DNA of 64,000 nt from Acidimicrobiia bacterium (GTDB lineage Bacteria > Actinomycetota > Acidimicrobiia > IMCC26256 > JAENVU01), in contig JBKJIQ010000008.1 of the NCBI GenBank assembly GCA_046598395.1, positions 33,275-97,274 of the forward strand. Reading direction: 5' to 3'. Of the stretch, positions 1 to 8,738 are shown in pieces (position 1 is the first letter of the stretch; every line of letters begins with the position of its first letter). Both the position numbers and the translations under genes were made by a program. Below the pieces are notes generated by a model. It saw only the letters and a list, made by a program, of their open reading frames with translations, did not search any database and had not been told where the DNA came from.

Positions 1-52
1 CGTTCAGCTCGGTCGCATCGAGACGGAGGGTGGCCGGTCCGACGGGTTTCAT
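1..52 (-). CDS. 5' fragment of an unidentified ORF leaving the window, translationally coupled to the upstream FAD-binding subunit
   Basis: ATG at 52-50 overlaps the TGA stop (51-49) of the 49..1077 gene (ATGA). Only 17 codons (MKPVGPATLRLDATELN) are visible, so no product can be assigned. Confidence 0.3.
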   Translation of the reverse strand, partial: MKPVGPATLRLDATELN

Positions 53-1077
53 CGTGGCTCCGTGGCCGGAACGCGACCGGGGCTGAACTTCGCCGTCGGG
101 TCGAGCGCGCCGCGGATCCGGCGTTGGAGTTCCGGTGCGGGGAACGCGGCCCCGAACGGATCCAGTGCCGGCGCGCCGGCCTCGCGCAGCATCCAACCGT
201 CGTGTGATTGTGCGATCCTGCGGGCGTGGAACAACGCGGTGACGTCATCAGTTGCGACGTGGACGGTCCCCACTCCCCATTCCGCGAGCCAGTGCAAACC
301 GACAACGGATTCGAGCGTGCGTTCCAGTTCGGCCAACCGGCGCGGGCTGATGGAGATTCGGCCGCGGTGCGCGCCGGTGGGGGGTACGGCGGCAACGCTC
401 GGTTCGAGTTGGGCGGCGCGGGCCTGCGTTTCGATGTCGGCCGGGTTGCCTTCGAGGCACACGCTGGTGGTAGTGCCATCCGACGCGACCGTCGTCGGAC
501 TGAACAGGCGGCCGAAGATCTCCGGGGCGCTGGTCGAGGAATGGAACCACCGTGACGCGGCGGGCCGCGGCTGGGTGCGCAGGGTGACCTGGACCAGTAC
601 GCCCAGCGTCCCGAGCGATCCCACGAACAAGCGCGGGATGTCGTAGCCGGTCACGTTCTTGACCGTCGGTCCCCCGCCGCGCACCACGCGACCGTCGGCA
701 CGGACGAAGACGACTTCGAGCACGGTGTTGCGCACGGGGCCGAGTCCGAGACGGCGTAGTCCGGAAAGACCCGTGGCGAGGACGCCGCCCACCGTCGCAT
801 TCGGGTCCACCGGATCGAGTGGACATTCCTGGCCGTGTGCGCCCAGGGCATCGTCGAGTTCGGAGCACGTGGTGCCGGCGCGCAGCGTGACGGTCATGTC
901 GGATGGCTGCACATCGAGGATCCCGGCGGGGGCCGATACCTCGACGGCATCTACGACCGCGCCACCGATGCCGGCGTGCGTGCGTGCTCCGACCGCCACC
1001 ACCGCGGTGGCAGCCGCCACTGTGGCGCCAAGGTCCTGAATGACGGGATCGGTCAATGTGGCGAACGGGTCTCGCAT
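49..1077 (-). CDS. FAD-binding oxidoreductase, GlcE-like partner of the adjacent FAD-linked oxidase
   Basis: ORF 49..1119. PCMH-type FAD-binding features ('ATVGGVLATGLSGLRRLG', 'KNVTGYDIPRLFVGSLGTLGV'). Start set at ATG 1077, which overlaps the TAA of the upstream gene (TAATG); 1086 or 1119 are also possible. Confidence 0.7.
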   Translation of the reverse strand: MRDPFATLTDPVIQDLGATVAAATAVVAVGARTHAGIGGAVVDAVEVSAPAGILDVQPSDMTVTLRAGTTCSELDDALGAHGQECPLDPVDPNATVGGVLATGLSGLRRLGLGPVRNTVLEVVFVRADGRVVRGGGPTVKNVTGYDIPRLFVGSLGTLGVLVQVTLRTQPRPAASRWFHSSTSAPEIFGRLFSPTTVASDGTTTSVCLEGNPADIETQARAAQLEPSVAAVPPTGAHRGRISISPRRLAELERTLESVVGLHWLAEWGVGTVHVATDDVTALFHARRIAQSHDGWMLREAGAPALDPFGAAFPAPELQRRIRGALDPTAKFSPGRVPATEPR

Positions 1078-2375
1078 TACACCCATGCACCCGCGGGAAT
1101 CGCGCCGATCTCGCCACACCGGCTCCCGCGGGGAAGCACTTTGTCGGGATTGGCCAGTCCATCGGGGTCGAACGCGTCACGCAGGCGGGCTTGCAGATCG
1201 AGGTCATCGGGGCCGAAGAACAAGGGCATCGCGTCACGCTTCTCGAGCCCGATGCCGTGCTCGCCGGACAGCACTCCCCCCGCTTCGATGCACGCGCGCA
1301 GAATCGCATCACCGGCCGCGTGGACCCGATCCCAAATACCGGGCTCGCGACCGTCGAACACGAGCAAGGGGTGGAGGTTGCCGTCGCCGGCGTGAAAGAC
1401 GTTCATCGTGATGAGGTTGTATTCGGCCGCGATCTCGTACACCCGTCGGATGACCTCGACCAGGCGAGTCCGCGGCACCACCGCGTCGTGGAGGTAGTAG
1501 TCCGGCGCGATCCGGGCCACGGCTCCGAAGGCGGACTTGCGGGCCTTCCACAGCAGGGCGCGTTCGGCGGAATCGCGTGCGATCCGAACATCGCGCGCGC
1601 CGTGAGCGCGACAGATGGTTTCGATGGCGCCGGCATCGTGGGCGACGCCATCGGCCAACCCCACCACTTCCACGAGGAGTACCGCGTCCGCATCGCGTGG
1701 GAGGCCGGCGTGAACGAAATCCTCGACCGCTCGAGTTGCCTGCGCATCCATCATCTCGAGCGCGGCCGGAACAATCCCCGCCGCGATCACCGCGCTGACC
1801 GCGGCAGCGGCACTCTCGATCTCGGTGAAGTCGGCGAGCAGCGTGGCGATCACCGGCGGGTCGGGCATGAGGCGTACCGCGATGCGGGTGGCGATCCCCA
1901 TGGTCCCTTCGCTCCCCACAAAGGTCCCCCGCAGATCAAGGCCAGGCGTGTCGGGCGCTAAACCTCCGAACTCCTCCACGGTGCCGTCGGGCAGCACGAC
2001 CTCCACGGCGAGGACATGGGCGGAGGTGACTCCGGCCGCCAGACAGTGAGGGCCACCCGCGTTCGTCCCAACATTGCCGCCGATGCTGCACGCCTGCTGG
2101 GAGGAAGGGTCGGGCGCGTAGTGCAGACCCAAGTGTTCGACGGCGCGCGTGAGATCCAGGTTGAGCACGCCGGGTTCGACCCACGCGATCCGGGCCGGGG
2201 CATCGATTTCGAGGATCCGGTTCATGCGAGTCGTCACGATCACCAGTGCGCCCTCGGGCGGTGTTGCTCCCCCCGCGAGGCCGGTACCACTCCCTCGGGC
2301 CACGAACGGAACGCGGAATCGGTTCGCGGTCCGCACTGCGAATGCGACGTCTTCGGTGGATTCGGGGAAGCACAC
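1077..2375 (-). CDS. FAD-linked oxidase, GlcD-like (glycolate/D-lactate oxidase family)
   Basis: 'ARGSGTGLAGGA', 'SIGGNVGTNAGGPH' and C-terminal 'SGEHGIGLEKR' are typical of this family. The ORF-track start is GTG 2375, but homologous-looking N-terminal sequence continues upstream to the stop at 2520-2522 (see findings). Confidence 0.8.
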   Translation of the reverse strand: MCFPESTEDVAFAVRTANRFRVPFVARGSGTGLAGGATPPEGALVIVTTRMNRILEIDAPARIAWVEPGVLNLDLTRAVEHLGLHYAPDPSSQQACSIGGNVGTNAGGPHCLAAGVTSAHVLAVEVVLPDGTVEEFGGLAPDTPGLDLRGTFVGSEGTMGIATRIAVRLMPDPPVIATLLADFTEIESAAAAVSAVIAAGIVPAALEMMDAQATRAVEDFVHAGLPRDADAVLLVEVVGLADGVAHDAGAIETICRAHGARDVRIARDSAERALLWKARKSAFGAVARIAPDYYLHDAVVPRTRLVEVIRRVYEIAAEYNLITMNVFHAGDGNLHPLLVFDGREPGIWDRVHAAGDAILRACIEAGGVLSGEHGIGLEKRDAMPLFFGPDDLDLQARLRDAFDPDGLANPDKVLPRGSRCGEIGAIPAGAWV

Positions 2376-2516
2376 CGCGGCCGCCCGACCGGTCGCGTTT
2401 CCCGCATCGCGCCGATACAGCGTGAGTTCCAGCGGCTCGGCTCGGGCGCGATCGGGCCCGAGCCGCGCGACGAGCGCGTGGAGGAGTTCCGCGTGACGTT
2501 GGTCGTTGATCCGCTG

Positions 2517-3962
2517 ATGCTACCGATGGGTCCCACTACCCTCGGCTCCGTGGCGGAACTGGAGTTGGCGCAGACAATCGCGCGGTCGGGCTCCGAGATC
2601 CTGGCCACGCTGGTCGAGTGGCTGAGGATTCCGGGGATCTCGGCAGACCCCTCCCACTTCGAGGATGTCGTCGATTCCGCGCAGTGGTGCGCCGCACATA
2701 TGGAATCGGTCGGCCTCGAGCATGTGAGTGTGTTGGAGACCGACGGTCATCCGTCGGTCTACGGCGACTGGCTGCACGCGCCGGGCGCACCCACCGTATT
2801 GGTGTACGGCCACCACGATGTCCAGCCGGTGGATCCGCTCGCAGCGTGGATTTCACCGCCGTTCGAACCGACCATTCGGGACGGGCAGCTGTTCGCAAGG
2901 GGCGCGGTGGACGACAAGGGTCAGGTGCTCTACCACCTCGAGGTGGTGCGGGCGCTGCTGGCCCGGGATGGCCGGCTCCCGATCAACCTCAAGTTCCTCA
3001 TCGAGGGCGAAGAAGAGGTGGGGAGCCCGCACTTCGAGGCGCTGTTGCGACGGGAACGGGAGCGGCTGAGCGCGGAGGTGATTGTGGTCTCGGATACCGC
3101 CATGTGGTCGGCAACCGTGCCGTCGATGTGTACCGGGATGCGGGGGCTCGTGGCGTTCGATGTATCGTTGCGTACCGCGACCGCCGATCTGCACTCGGGA
3201 AGTTTTGGCGGTGCGGTGCGCAACGCGGCGCGCGTCGCGGCGGAGTTGGTGATGGCGCTCCACGATTCCGAAGGCCGCGTCACCCTCCCTGGTTTCTATG
3301 ACGCCGTGCTCCCCGCGACCGACGCGGTGCGTGCGTCCATCGCGCAGATTCCCTTCGACGACGATGCCTTCTCCGCGACGGCCGCGGGCTCGGCCTTGAC
3401 CGGTGAAGGCGGATATTCGACGCTCGAACGCATCTGGGTGCGACCCACCGCCGAGGTGACGGGGATCGGCTCGGGCTACACCGGCCACGGCATGAAGACG
3501 ATCGTTCCCGGTACCGCATCACTCAAGGTCACGTTTCGGCTGGTGCCGAACCAAGATCCGGCGCTCGTCGCGGTGGCGTTTCAGACCTGGATGGATATGC
3601 ACCTGCCGGAGGGAGTCCACGTGGTGATCACTCCGATGGGCGCGGTGGCGCCCGCGCTCACTCCGCTGGACCATCCGGCCGTGCAGGCTGCGGCGCGGGC
3701 GATCGAGCGCGTGTGGGGCACCCCGCCGGTGTACACCCGGGAAGGGGGCTCGGGTCCGGAAGAGAGCCTCGGCCGCGTGCTGCGCGCTCCGGTCGTGTTC
3801 CTCGGCGTGGGGCTGCCCGACGATCAGATTCACGCGCCCAACGAACGCATCGTGTTGGACCAGTTCTGGAAAGGTCTCTTGGCCGTCGGCGAGTTGTGGT
3901 TCGAACTCGCGGCGCTGGACCGTTCGGTTTTTTCGACGACTACGAGTGGAGTACCGACATGA
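2517..3962 (+). CDS. M20 family dipeptidase/metallopeptidase (ArgE/DapE/CPG2-like)
   Basis: Inner part of ORF 2016..3962. 'VLVYGHHDVQPVD', 'RGAVDDKGQV' and 'IEGEEEVGSPH' are metal-ligand/catalytic motifs. Start at ATG 2517; ATG 2526 or GTG 2550 are alternatives. Confidence 0.8.
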   Translation: MLPMGPTTLGSVAELELAQTIARSGSEILATLVEWLRIPGISADPSHFEDVVDSAQWCAAHMESVGLEHVSVLETDGHPSVYGDWLHAPGAPTVLVYGHHDVQPVDPLAAWISPPFEPTIRDGQLFARGAVDDKGQVLYHLEVVRALLARDGRLPINLKFLIEGEEEVGSPHFEALLRRERERLSAEVIVVSDTAMWSATVPSMCTGMRGLVAFDVSLRTATADLHSGSFGGAVRNAARVAAELVMALHDSEGRVTLPGFYDAVLPATDAVRASIAQIPFDDDAFSATAAGSALTGEGGYSTLERIWVRPTAEVTGIGSGYTGHGMKTIVPGTASLKVTFRLVPNQDPALVAVAFQTWMDMHLPEGVHVVITPMGAVAPALTPLDHPAVQAAARAIERVWGTPPVYTREGGSGPEESLGRVLRAPVVFLGVGLPDDQIHAPNERIVLDQFWKGLLAVGELWFELAALDRSVFSTTTSGVPT

Positions 3963-4726
3963 GTCCCCCCGTCCGCGAATGGGTCACGTTCTCCGATCCC
4001 AAGCGCAAGAAACACATCTGGCATGTGGATGTGACCTTTCTTTCCTCGAACTACCTCTGCATCTTCGGTCAGGGTTGCCAAGGCGTCTTGACCGAAAAGT
4101 CGCCGGAGCAGTCACAGGGTTGCTGTTCCTACGGCGCGCACTCTTCGGGCGCGAAGGATCGCAAGCTCGTCGACAAGGTCGCCGCCAAGCTCACGCTCGA
4201 AGACTGGCAGTTCATGAAGAAGGCGCAGAAGAAGGGCGTGTGGGCCAAGATCGGGAAAGCCGATTACCGCACCCGACTCGTGGACGACGCCTGCATCTTC
4301 TTGAACCGTCCCGGGTTCGAAGCGGGCGCGGGGTGCGCGCTGCACACCTACGCCATGCGTACCGGTGTGCATCACAGCGACGTGAAACCCGAGGTGTGCT
4401 GGCAGGTACCACTGCGCAACATCGAAGAGTTCGACGAAGACGCCAACGATGGCATTGTCCATCACCGTCTCACGGAGTTCGCCCGCCATGGTTGGGGTGA
4501 AGGCGGCGATGAGTTCGCGTGGTGGTGTACCGAAGAGCCCGCGGCGTTCATCGGCACTGAGCCCGTGTATCGCAGCCTGGAACCGGAACTCCGCAAGATG
4601 ATCGGCGACGAGTTGTTCGAGAGTGTTGCCGCCTATCTCGATGTTCGGCGCAAGGATCGGACCGCGCCGTTGCTTCATCCCGCGGCCACGAACGTGGTGC
4701 TGAAACCGACGCGGAAACGCGCGTGA
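3959..4726 (+). CDS. conserved Cys-rich hypothetical protein (possible Fe-S or Zn binding)
   Basis: Inner part of ORF 3713..4726. ATG 3959 overlaps the peptidase stop (ATGA). Cys clusters 'CIFGQGCQG...GCCSYG' and 'DDACIFL...GAGCALH'. No family assigned by eye. Confidence 0.6.
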   Translation: MSPPVREWVTFSDPKRKKHIWHVDVTFLSSNYLCIFGQGCQGVLTEKSPEQSQGCCSYGAHSSGAKDRKLVDKVAAKLTLEDWQFMKKAQKKGVWAKIGKADYRTRLVDDACIFLNRPGFEAGAGCALHTYAMRTGVHHSDVKPEVCWQVPLRNIEEFDEDANDGIVHHRLTEFARHGWGEGGDEFAWWCTEEPAAFIGTEPVYRSLEPELRKMIGDELFESVAAYLDVRRKDRTAPLLHPAATNVVLKPTRKRA

Positions 4727-4741
4727 CAGGGGGAAGCGAAT

Positions 4742-5272
4742 ATGCCGCTGTTTGACTTCGAAGGATTGCGCCCCCAGGTTCACGAACGGGCCTTCATCGC
4801 GCTAACGGCCACCCTGGTCGGTGACGTCCACGTGGAGGACGGGGCCTCGGTTTGGTATGGCGCAGTGATCCGAGCCGACTACGCGCCAGTGGTGATTCGG
4901 GCCGGGGCCAACATCCAAGACGGTGCGGTCTTGCACGGTCCGCCCGGTCTCATGACCGAGGTGGGCGAGGGCGCAACGGTGGCGCATAACTGTGTGGTTC
5001 ACGGTGCGATCCTCGGCCGAGAGTGCCTGGTGGCCAACGGGTCGATCGTGCTCGATGGGGCAACCATTGGCGACGGCGCGCTCATTGCGGCGGGGTCGGT
5101 GGTGGCTGCGGGGATGACGATCCCGGCGCACATGCTCGCGGCCGGGGCACCGGCTGTCATCAAGCGAGGCGTGGAGGGCTCACCGGCGGAGTTCTGGGTG
5201 AAGGCGAATCCGCCGGCATATGCCGAACTCGCGCAACGTCATCGCCTGGGTGTCACCTGGCTCCGCGACTGA
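4742..5272 (+). CDS. gamma-carbonic-anhydrase-like / hexapeptide-repeat (LbH) protein (YrdA/PaaY family)
   Basis: ORF 176 aa. Left-handed beta-helix hexapeptide repeats ('VGDVHVEDGASVWYGAVIRAD', 'IQDGAVLHG', 'VHGAILGRECLVANGSIVLDGATIGDGALIAAGSVV'). Confidence 0.8.
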   Translation: MPLFDFEGLRPQVHERAFIALTATLVGDVHVEDGASVWYGAVIRADYAPVVIRAGANIQDGAVLHGPPGLMTEVGEGATVAHNCVVHGAILGRECLVANGSIVLDGATIGDGALIAAGSVVAAGMTIPAHMLAAGAPAVIKRGVEGSPAEFWVKANPPAYAELAQRHRLGVTWLRD

Positions 5273-5275
5273 CGC

Positions 5276-5303
5276 AAACGCGCGGGCGACAAGGAGCGCG
5301 TTT
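5276..5303. terminator. candidate bidirectional terminator hairpin between convergent genes
   Basis: AAACGCGC (5276-5283) pairs with GCGCGTTT (5296-5303), an 8-bp stem with a 12-nt loop. It sits exactly between stop 5270-5272 (+) and stop 5304-5306 (-), and a short A/T run on each side gives a U-tail in both orientations. Confidence 0.4.
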
Positions 5304-6047
5304 CTACGCGTGCAGGAGCGCGCCGCCGTCGACGACGAGGTTCGTGCCGGTGATCCAACTGGCAGCGTCGGAACAGAGGAAGACCGCCGCGTGCGCAATG
5401 TCTTCGGGTTCACCGAGGCGATGCATCGGCAGGGTCTTGGCGATGGCCTCCTCGCCGCGCTCCCACAGTGCCCGGGCCATATCGGTCTTCACGAGACCGG
5501 GAGCGATGGAGTTGACGCGCACGCCCGGCGCGAGTTCTGCGGCGAGCGTGCGCGTCAGGTGCAGCAGCGCCGCTTTCGTTGCGTTATAGGCGCCGATCGA
5601 TGTCTCCACCGATAGTCCGCCGATCGACGCAATGTTCAACACCGCGCCGCCGTGTTCCTGCATCCACCGCTTCCACGCCAGCTGCGTCCAGGTGAGCGGT
5701 CCCGCGAAATTGACCGAGACGGTTTTGTCGAGCCGGGGGCGGTCGATGTCGATCGTCTTGCCCATGTAGGGATTCGTGGCCGCATTGTTCACGAGGATGT
5801 CGACGCGGCCGAACCGTTCGATGGTGGCCTCGATGCACGCGGCCGCTTCGGCCGGCGCTCCGGCATTGGCCGCACACCACGCGCCGTTTCCGCCCAAGGT
5901 GTCGACCGCGGCTTCCAGGGTCTCGGCCTTGCGCGAAGAGATCATGACCCGGGCGCCACTCGCGGCCATGGCCTGGGCGATCGCGAGGCCGATGCCGCGC
6001 GAGCCGCCGGTGATGAGCGCGACCTTGCCGTCGAGTCGGAGGTCCAT
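5304..6047 (-). CDS. SDR family oxidoreductase (FabG-like)
   Basis: 'ITGGSRGIGLAIA' (TGxxxGxG), 'NNAA', 'YNATKAA' (YxxxK). Confidence 0.85.
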   Translation of the reverse strand: MDLRLDGKVALITGGSRGIGLAIAQAMAASGARVMISSRKAETLEAAVDTLGGNGAWCAANAGAPAEAAACIEATIERFGRVDILVNNAATNPYMGKTIDIDRPRLDKTVSVNFAGPLTWTQLAWKRWMQEHGGAVLNIASIGGLSVETSIGAYNATKAALLHLTRTLAAELAPGVRVNSIAPGLVKTDMARALWERGEEAIAKTLPMHRLGEPEDIAHAAVFLCSDAASWITGTNLVVDGGALLHA

Positions 6048-6071
6048 GGAAACTCCCTCAGGATCTGGGGA

Positions 6072-6365
6072 CTACAAGTACAGGCCGGTCTGGCCATCCT
6101 CACGTTCCGAGGCGACGGCATGGACGTCGCGCTCTCGCAAGATCAGATATTCCTCGCCGTTGATCTCGACCTCGAACCCCGCATCGGGAGCGGAGAGCAC
6201 CTGGTTCCCGGCCTCCAGATTGCGCACCGTTGGCCCCACCTGGATGACTTCGGCCCACAGGAGTCGGCGATCCACGTTGGCGGTGGCGGGAATCAAGATG
6301 CCGGAGCGGGACTTGCGTTCTCCCGCCTCGAGCGAAGGGCGGCACAGCAACCGATCGGCGGTCAT
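6072..6365 (-). CDS. GroES-fold (Cpn10-like) small protein with an atypical C-terminal tail
   Basis: ORF 6072..6428. 'DRLL', 'SGILIP', 'VIQVGP' and 'INGEEYLILRERDVHAV' parallel GroES 'DRVLV..GGIVLP..VVAVGPG..IDGEEYLILSERDILAV'. Start probably ATG 6365 (MTADRLL); ORF-track start 6428 is possible. The protein ends ...DGQTGLYL. Confidence 0.65.
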   Translation of the reverse strand: MTADRLLCRPSLEAGERKSRSGILIPATANVDRRLLWAEVIQVGPTVRNLEAGNQVLSAPDAGFEVEINGEEYLILRERDVHAVASEREDGQTGLYL

Positions 6366-6493
6366 GCGAATCGCCTGCTTGGAATCGACGCTGGATGGGG
6401 CGCTACGAAGGGGTGCTGGGTCGGCCACCGCGCGCAGGTTAGTGGTGGTCGGGCTTCGTTCATTTCACCGGGTCGCTGCTACCGTCCTCCATC

Positions 6494-7426
6494 GTGGCGG
6501 CGCTTCCAGACGATCTCGTGACGAACGTCGACTCCCCGAAGGTGCCGGCTGCCGGTTTCGTTGCCGTGCTGCGGGCCTACTTCATGCTCACGAAGCCGCG
6601 GGTCATCGAGCTGCTCTTGGTCACCACGGTGCCCGCGATGGTGCTCGCCGCCGGGAAACTCCCCTCGCTCGGATTGATCGGTGCCGTCCTACTCGGTGGC
6701 ACCCTCTCCGCAGGCGGCGCGAACACAATCAACTGTTGGATCGAGCGTGATCGTGATCAGGTCATGCGCCGCACCCATACCCGTCCGCTTCCTCAGGGTG
6801 CTATCTCACCGAACGCCGCGCTGGTCTTTGGTCTCGTGCTCGAAGCAGTGGCCTTCGTGTGGCTCAGCCTCACAGTCAACGTGCTGTCGGCGGCACTGTC
6901 GGTCACCGCGATGCTCTTCTACATCTTCGTGTACACGATCTGGCTCAAGCCGCGCAGCGCGCAGAACATCGTGATCGGGGGCGCGGCGGGCGCGGTGCCC
7001 GTCCTCGTCGGTTGGTCGTCGGTCACGAACTCGCTCTCGGTCTCCGCCTGGGTGATGTTCGCGATCGTATTCTGTTGGACGCCGCCACATTTCTGGGCCC
7101 TGTCGGTTCGCTACCGCGACGACTACGCGAAGGCGGGCATCCCGATGCTTCCAGTGGTGATCGGGATCGCGGCGGCATCGCGCCAGATCCTCGTGTACGC
7201 GATCGTGACGGTGGTGGTGTCGTTTGCCTTGGTCCCGGTAGCCGACCTCGGCTGGATCTACGGCGGCTCGGCGTTGGTGCTCGGAGCCGTCTTTGTGGCC
7301 GCGGCCGTCGCGTTGCTGAAGGATTCCACGCCCGAGCGCGCAATGAAGCTCTTCCACTACTCCAACACGTATCTCGCGCTGTTGTTCGTGGCGATTGCTG
7401 CGGACGTCATCGTTCGTGCCAACTAG
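6494..7426 (+). CDS. ctaB: protoheme IX farnesyltransferase (heme O synthase)
   Basis: UbiA-family polytopic membrane protein. 'YFMLTKPRVIELLLVTT' and Asp-rich 'NCWIERDRDQVMRRTHTRPLP' are characteristic of CtaB/CyoE. GTG start 6494. Confidence 0.9.
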   Translation: MAALPDDLVTNVDSPKVPAAGFVAVLRAYFMLTKPRVIELLLVTTVPAMVLAAGKLPSLGLIGAVLLGGTLSAGGANTINCWIERDRDQVMRRTHTRPLPQGAISPNAALVFGLVLEAVAFVWLSLTVNVLSAALSVTAMLFYIFVYTIWLKPRSAQNIVIGGAAGAVPVLVGWSSVTNSLSVSAWVMFAIVFCWTPPHFWALSVRYRDDYAKAGIPMLPVVIGIAAASRQILVYAIVTVVVSFALVPVADLGWIYGGSALVLGAVFVAAAVALLKDSTPERAMKLFHYSNTYLALLFVAIAADVIVRAN

Positions 7427-8000
7427 ACGCCGTCGCGGCGGAACGCTCCTCGGTGCGTTGGCGCTGGGGATCGCGGTCGCAGCTGGAATCGGTGCAGTTC
7501 GTGATGGTTCCGAACCCGATACCACGATCGACGCGGGCCCGGCCAAGACGCGTGTGGCCGGGGTGGCCGTCCGGGGAACGCCCGCTCCCAGCTTTGATCT
7601 GGCGGCGCTCTCCGGTGGCGGTCGGGTCAACCTCGCCAAGTACCGCGGCCGTCCAGTTGTCGTGAACTTCTGGGCGTCGTGGTGCAAGGAGTGTCGTGAT
7701 GAGTTCCCGGTGCTCCACGATCTCGTCACCGCGCATCGAGACGATGGCCTCGCCGTCATCGGGATCACGTTCAGGGACATCCCGTCGGACTCCCGTGCGT
7801 TCGCTCGTGACCACGAGGCCAACTGGATTTTGGCTCAGGGCGGAGACCACGACACCGCGGCGCGTGACTACGGCATCCGCGCGGTTCCACAGACCTTCTT
7901 CATCGACCGCGGTGGCGTGATCCGGGCGCGGGCCTTTGGGCTTCCCTCCACCGCCGCGCTGACCGCAGCCGTCGACGGGATCGTCCACTCCAAGCCGTGA
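7395..8000 (+). CDS. TlpA/ResA-like thiol-disulfide oxidoreductase (membrane-anchored thioredoxin fold)
   Basis: 'VVNFWASWCKECRDEFP' CxxC motif. The N-terminal anchor 'RRRRGGTLLGALALGIAVAAG' follows a basic stretch. TTG 7395 or GTG 7416 start; overlaps the ctaB end. Confidence 0.8.
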   Translation: MLRTSSFVPTRRRRGGTLLGALALGIAVAAGIGAVRDGSEPDTTIDAGPAKTRVAGVAVRGTPAPSFDLAALSGGGRVNLAKYRGRPVVVNFWASWCKECRDEFPVLHDLVTAHRDDGLAVIGITFRDIPSDSRAFARDHEANWILAQGGDHDTAARDYGIRAVPQTFFIDRGGVIRARAFGLPSTAALTAAVDGIVHSKP

Positions 8001-8006
8001 CGTTCG

Positions 8007-8738
8007 CTACGCCTCTTCCCACTTGAACCAGCGTGCGGCGGCCCATGGGGCGGCGATGGCCCAGACCACGAGTGCCACGAACGCGCCGACGGGGAACGGG
8101 TGTTGGCCGAGGACAGCACGGACACACTCCGACAGCGCCGCGGCCGGGAGCAACCGCGCCACCGCTTCGACCGAAGCGGGGAGCTTCGTGAGGGGATAGG
8201 CCATGCCGCCGAGGAACATCAAGACGAGGAAGAGTGCATTCGCGACTGCCAGATTGGCTTCGGCGCGCAGCGTGCCCGCCAGAAACATGCCCACACCGGC
8301 GAATGCGATGGTGCCGATGAGCAAGATTCCGATCGCGGGGACAATCGCCGAGCTGAGCTCCCAGCCGAGGGCGACGCCTGTCGCGATGATGGCACTGGCC
8401 TGAATGACCTCGATCACGAGCACGTTGATGGTTTTCGCGGCGAGCAGGCCCCCTCGCGAGAGCGGCGTGGATCCCAACCGCTTGAGGACGCCGTAGCGCC
8501 GCTCGAATCCGGTGGCGATGCCGAGGCTCACCATCGCGCTCGCCATAACCGCGAGCGAGAGCACGCCCGGTACCAAAAACGTGACGGGATCGCCCTTCAC
8601 CGCGGTGAGGGCATTGACCTTCCCGAAGAACACGAGGATGCCGATCGGGATCGCGAGCGTGACGAGCAGACTCTCGCCGCGGCGCAGCGTCATCGCGAGT
8701 TCGAGTTTGGTTTGGGCGGCAATGGCCTTCGGGTTCAT
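8007..8738 (-). CDS. ABC-2 type transporter permease
   Basis: 243 aa and about six hydrophobic segments. The start overlaps the ATPase stop by 4 nt (8735-8738). Confidence 0.8.
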   Translation of the reverse strand: MNPKAIAAQTKLELAMTLRRGESLLVTLAIPIGILVFFGKVNALTAVKGDPVTFLVPGVLSLAVMASAMVSLGIATGFERRYGVLKRLGSTPLSRGGLLAAKTINVLVIEVIQASAIIATGVALGWELSSAIVPAIGILLIGTIAFAGVGMFLAGTLRAEANLAVANALFLVLMFLGGMAYPLTKLPASVEAVARLLPAAALSECVRAVLGQHPFPVGAFVALVVWAIAAPWAAARWFKWEEA

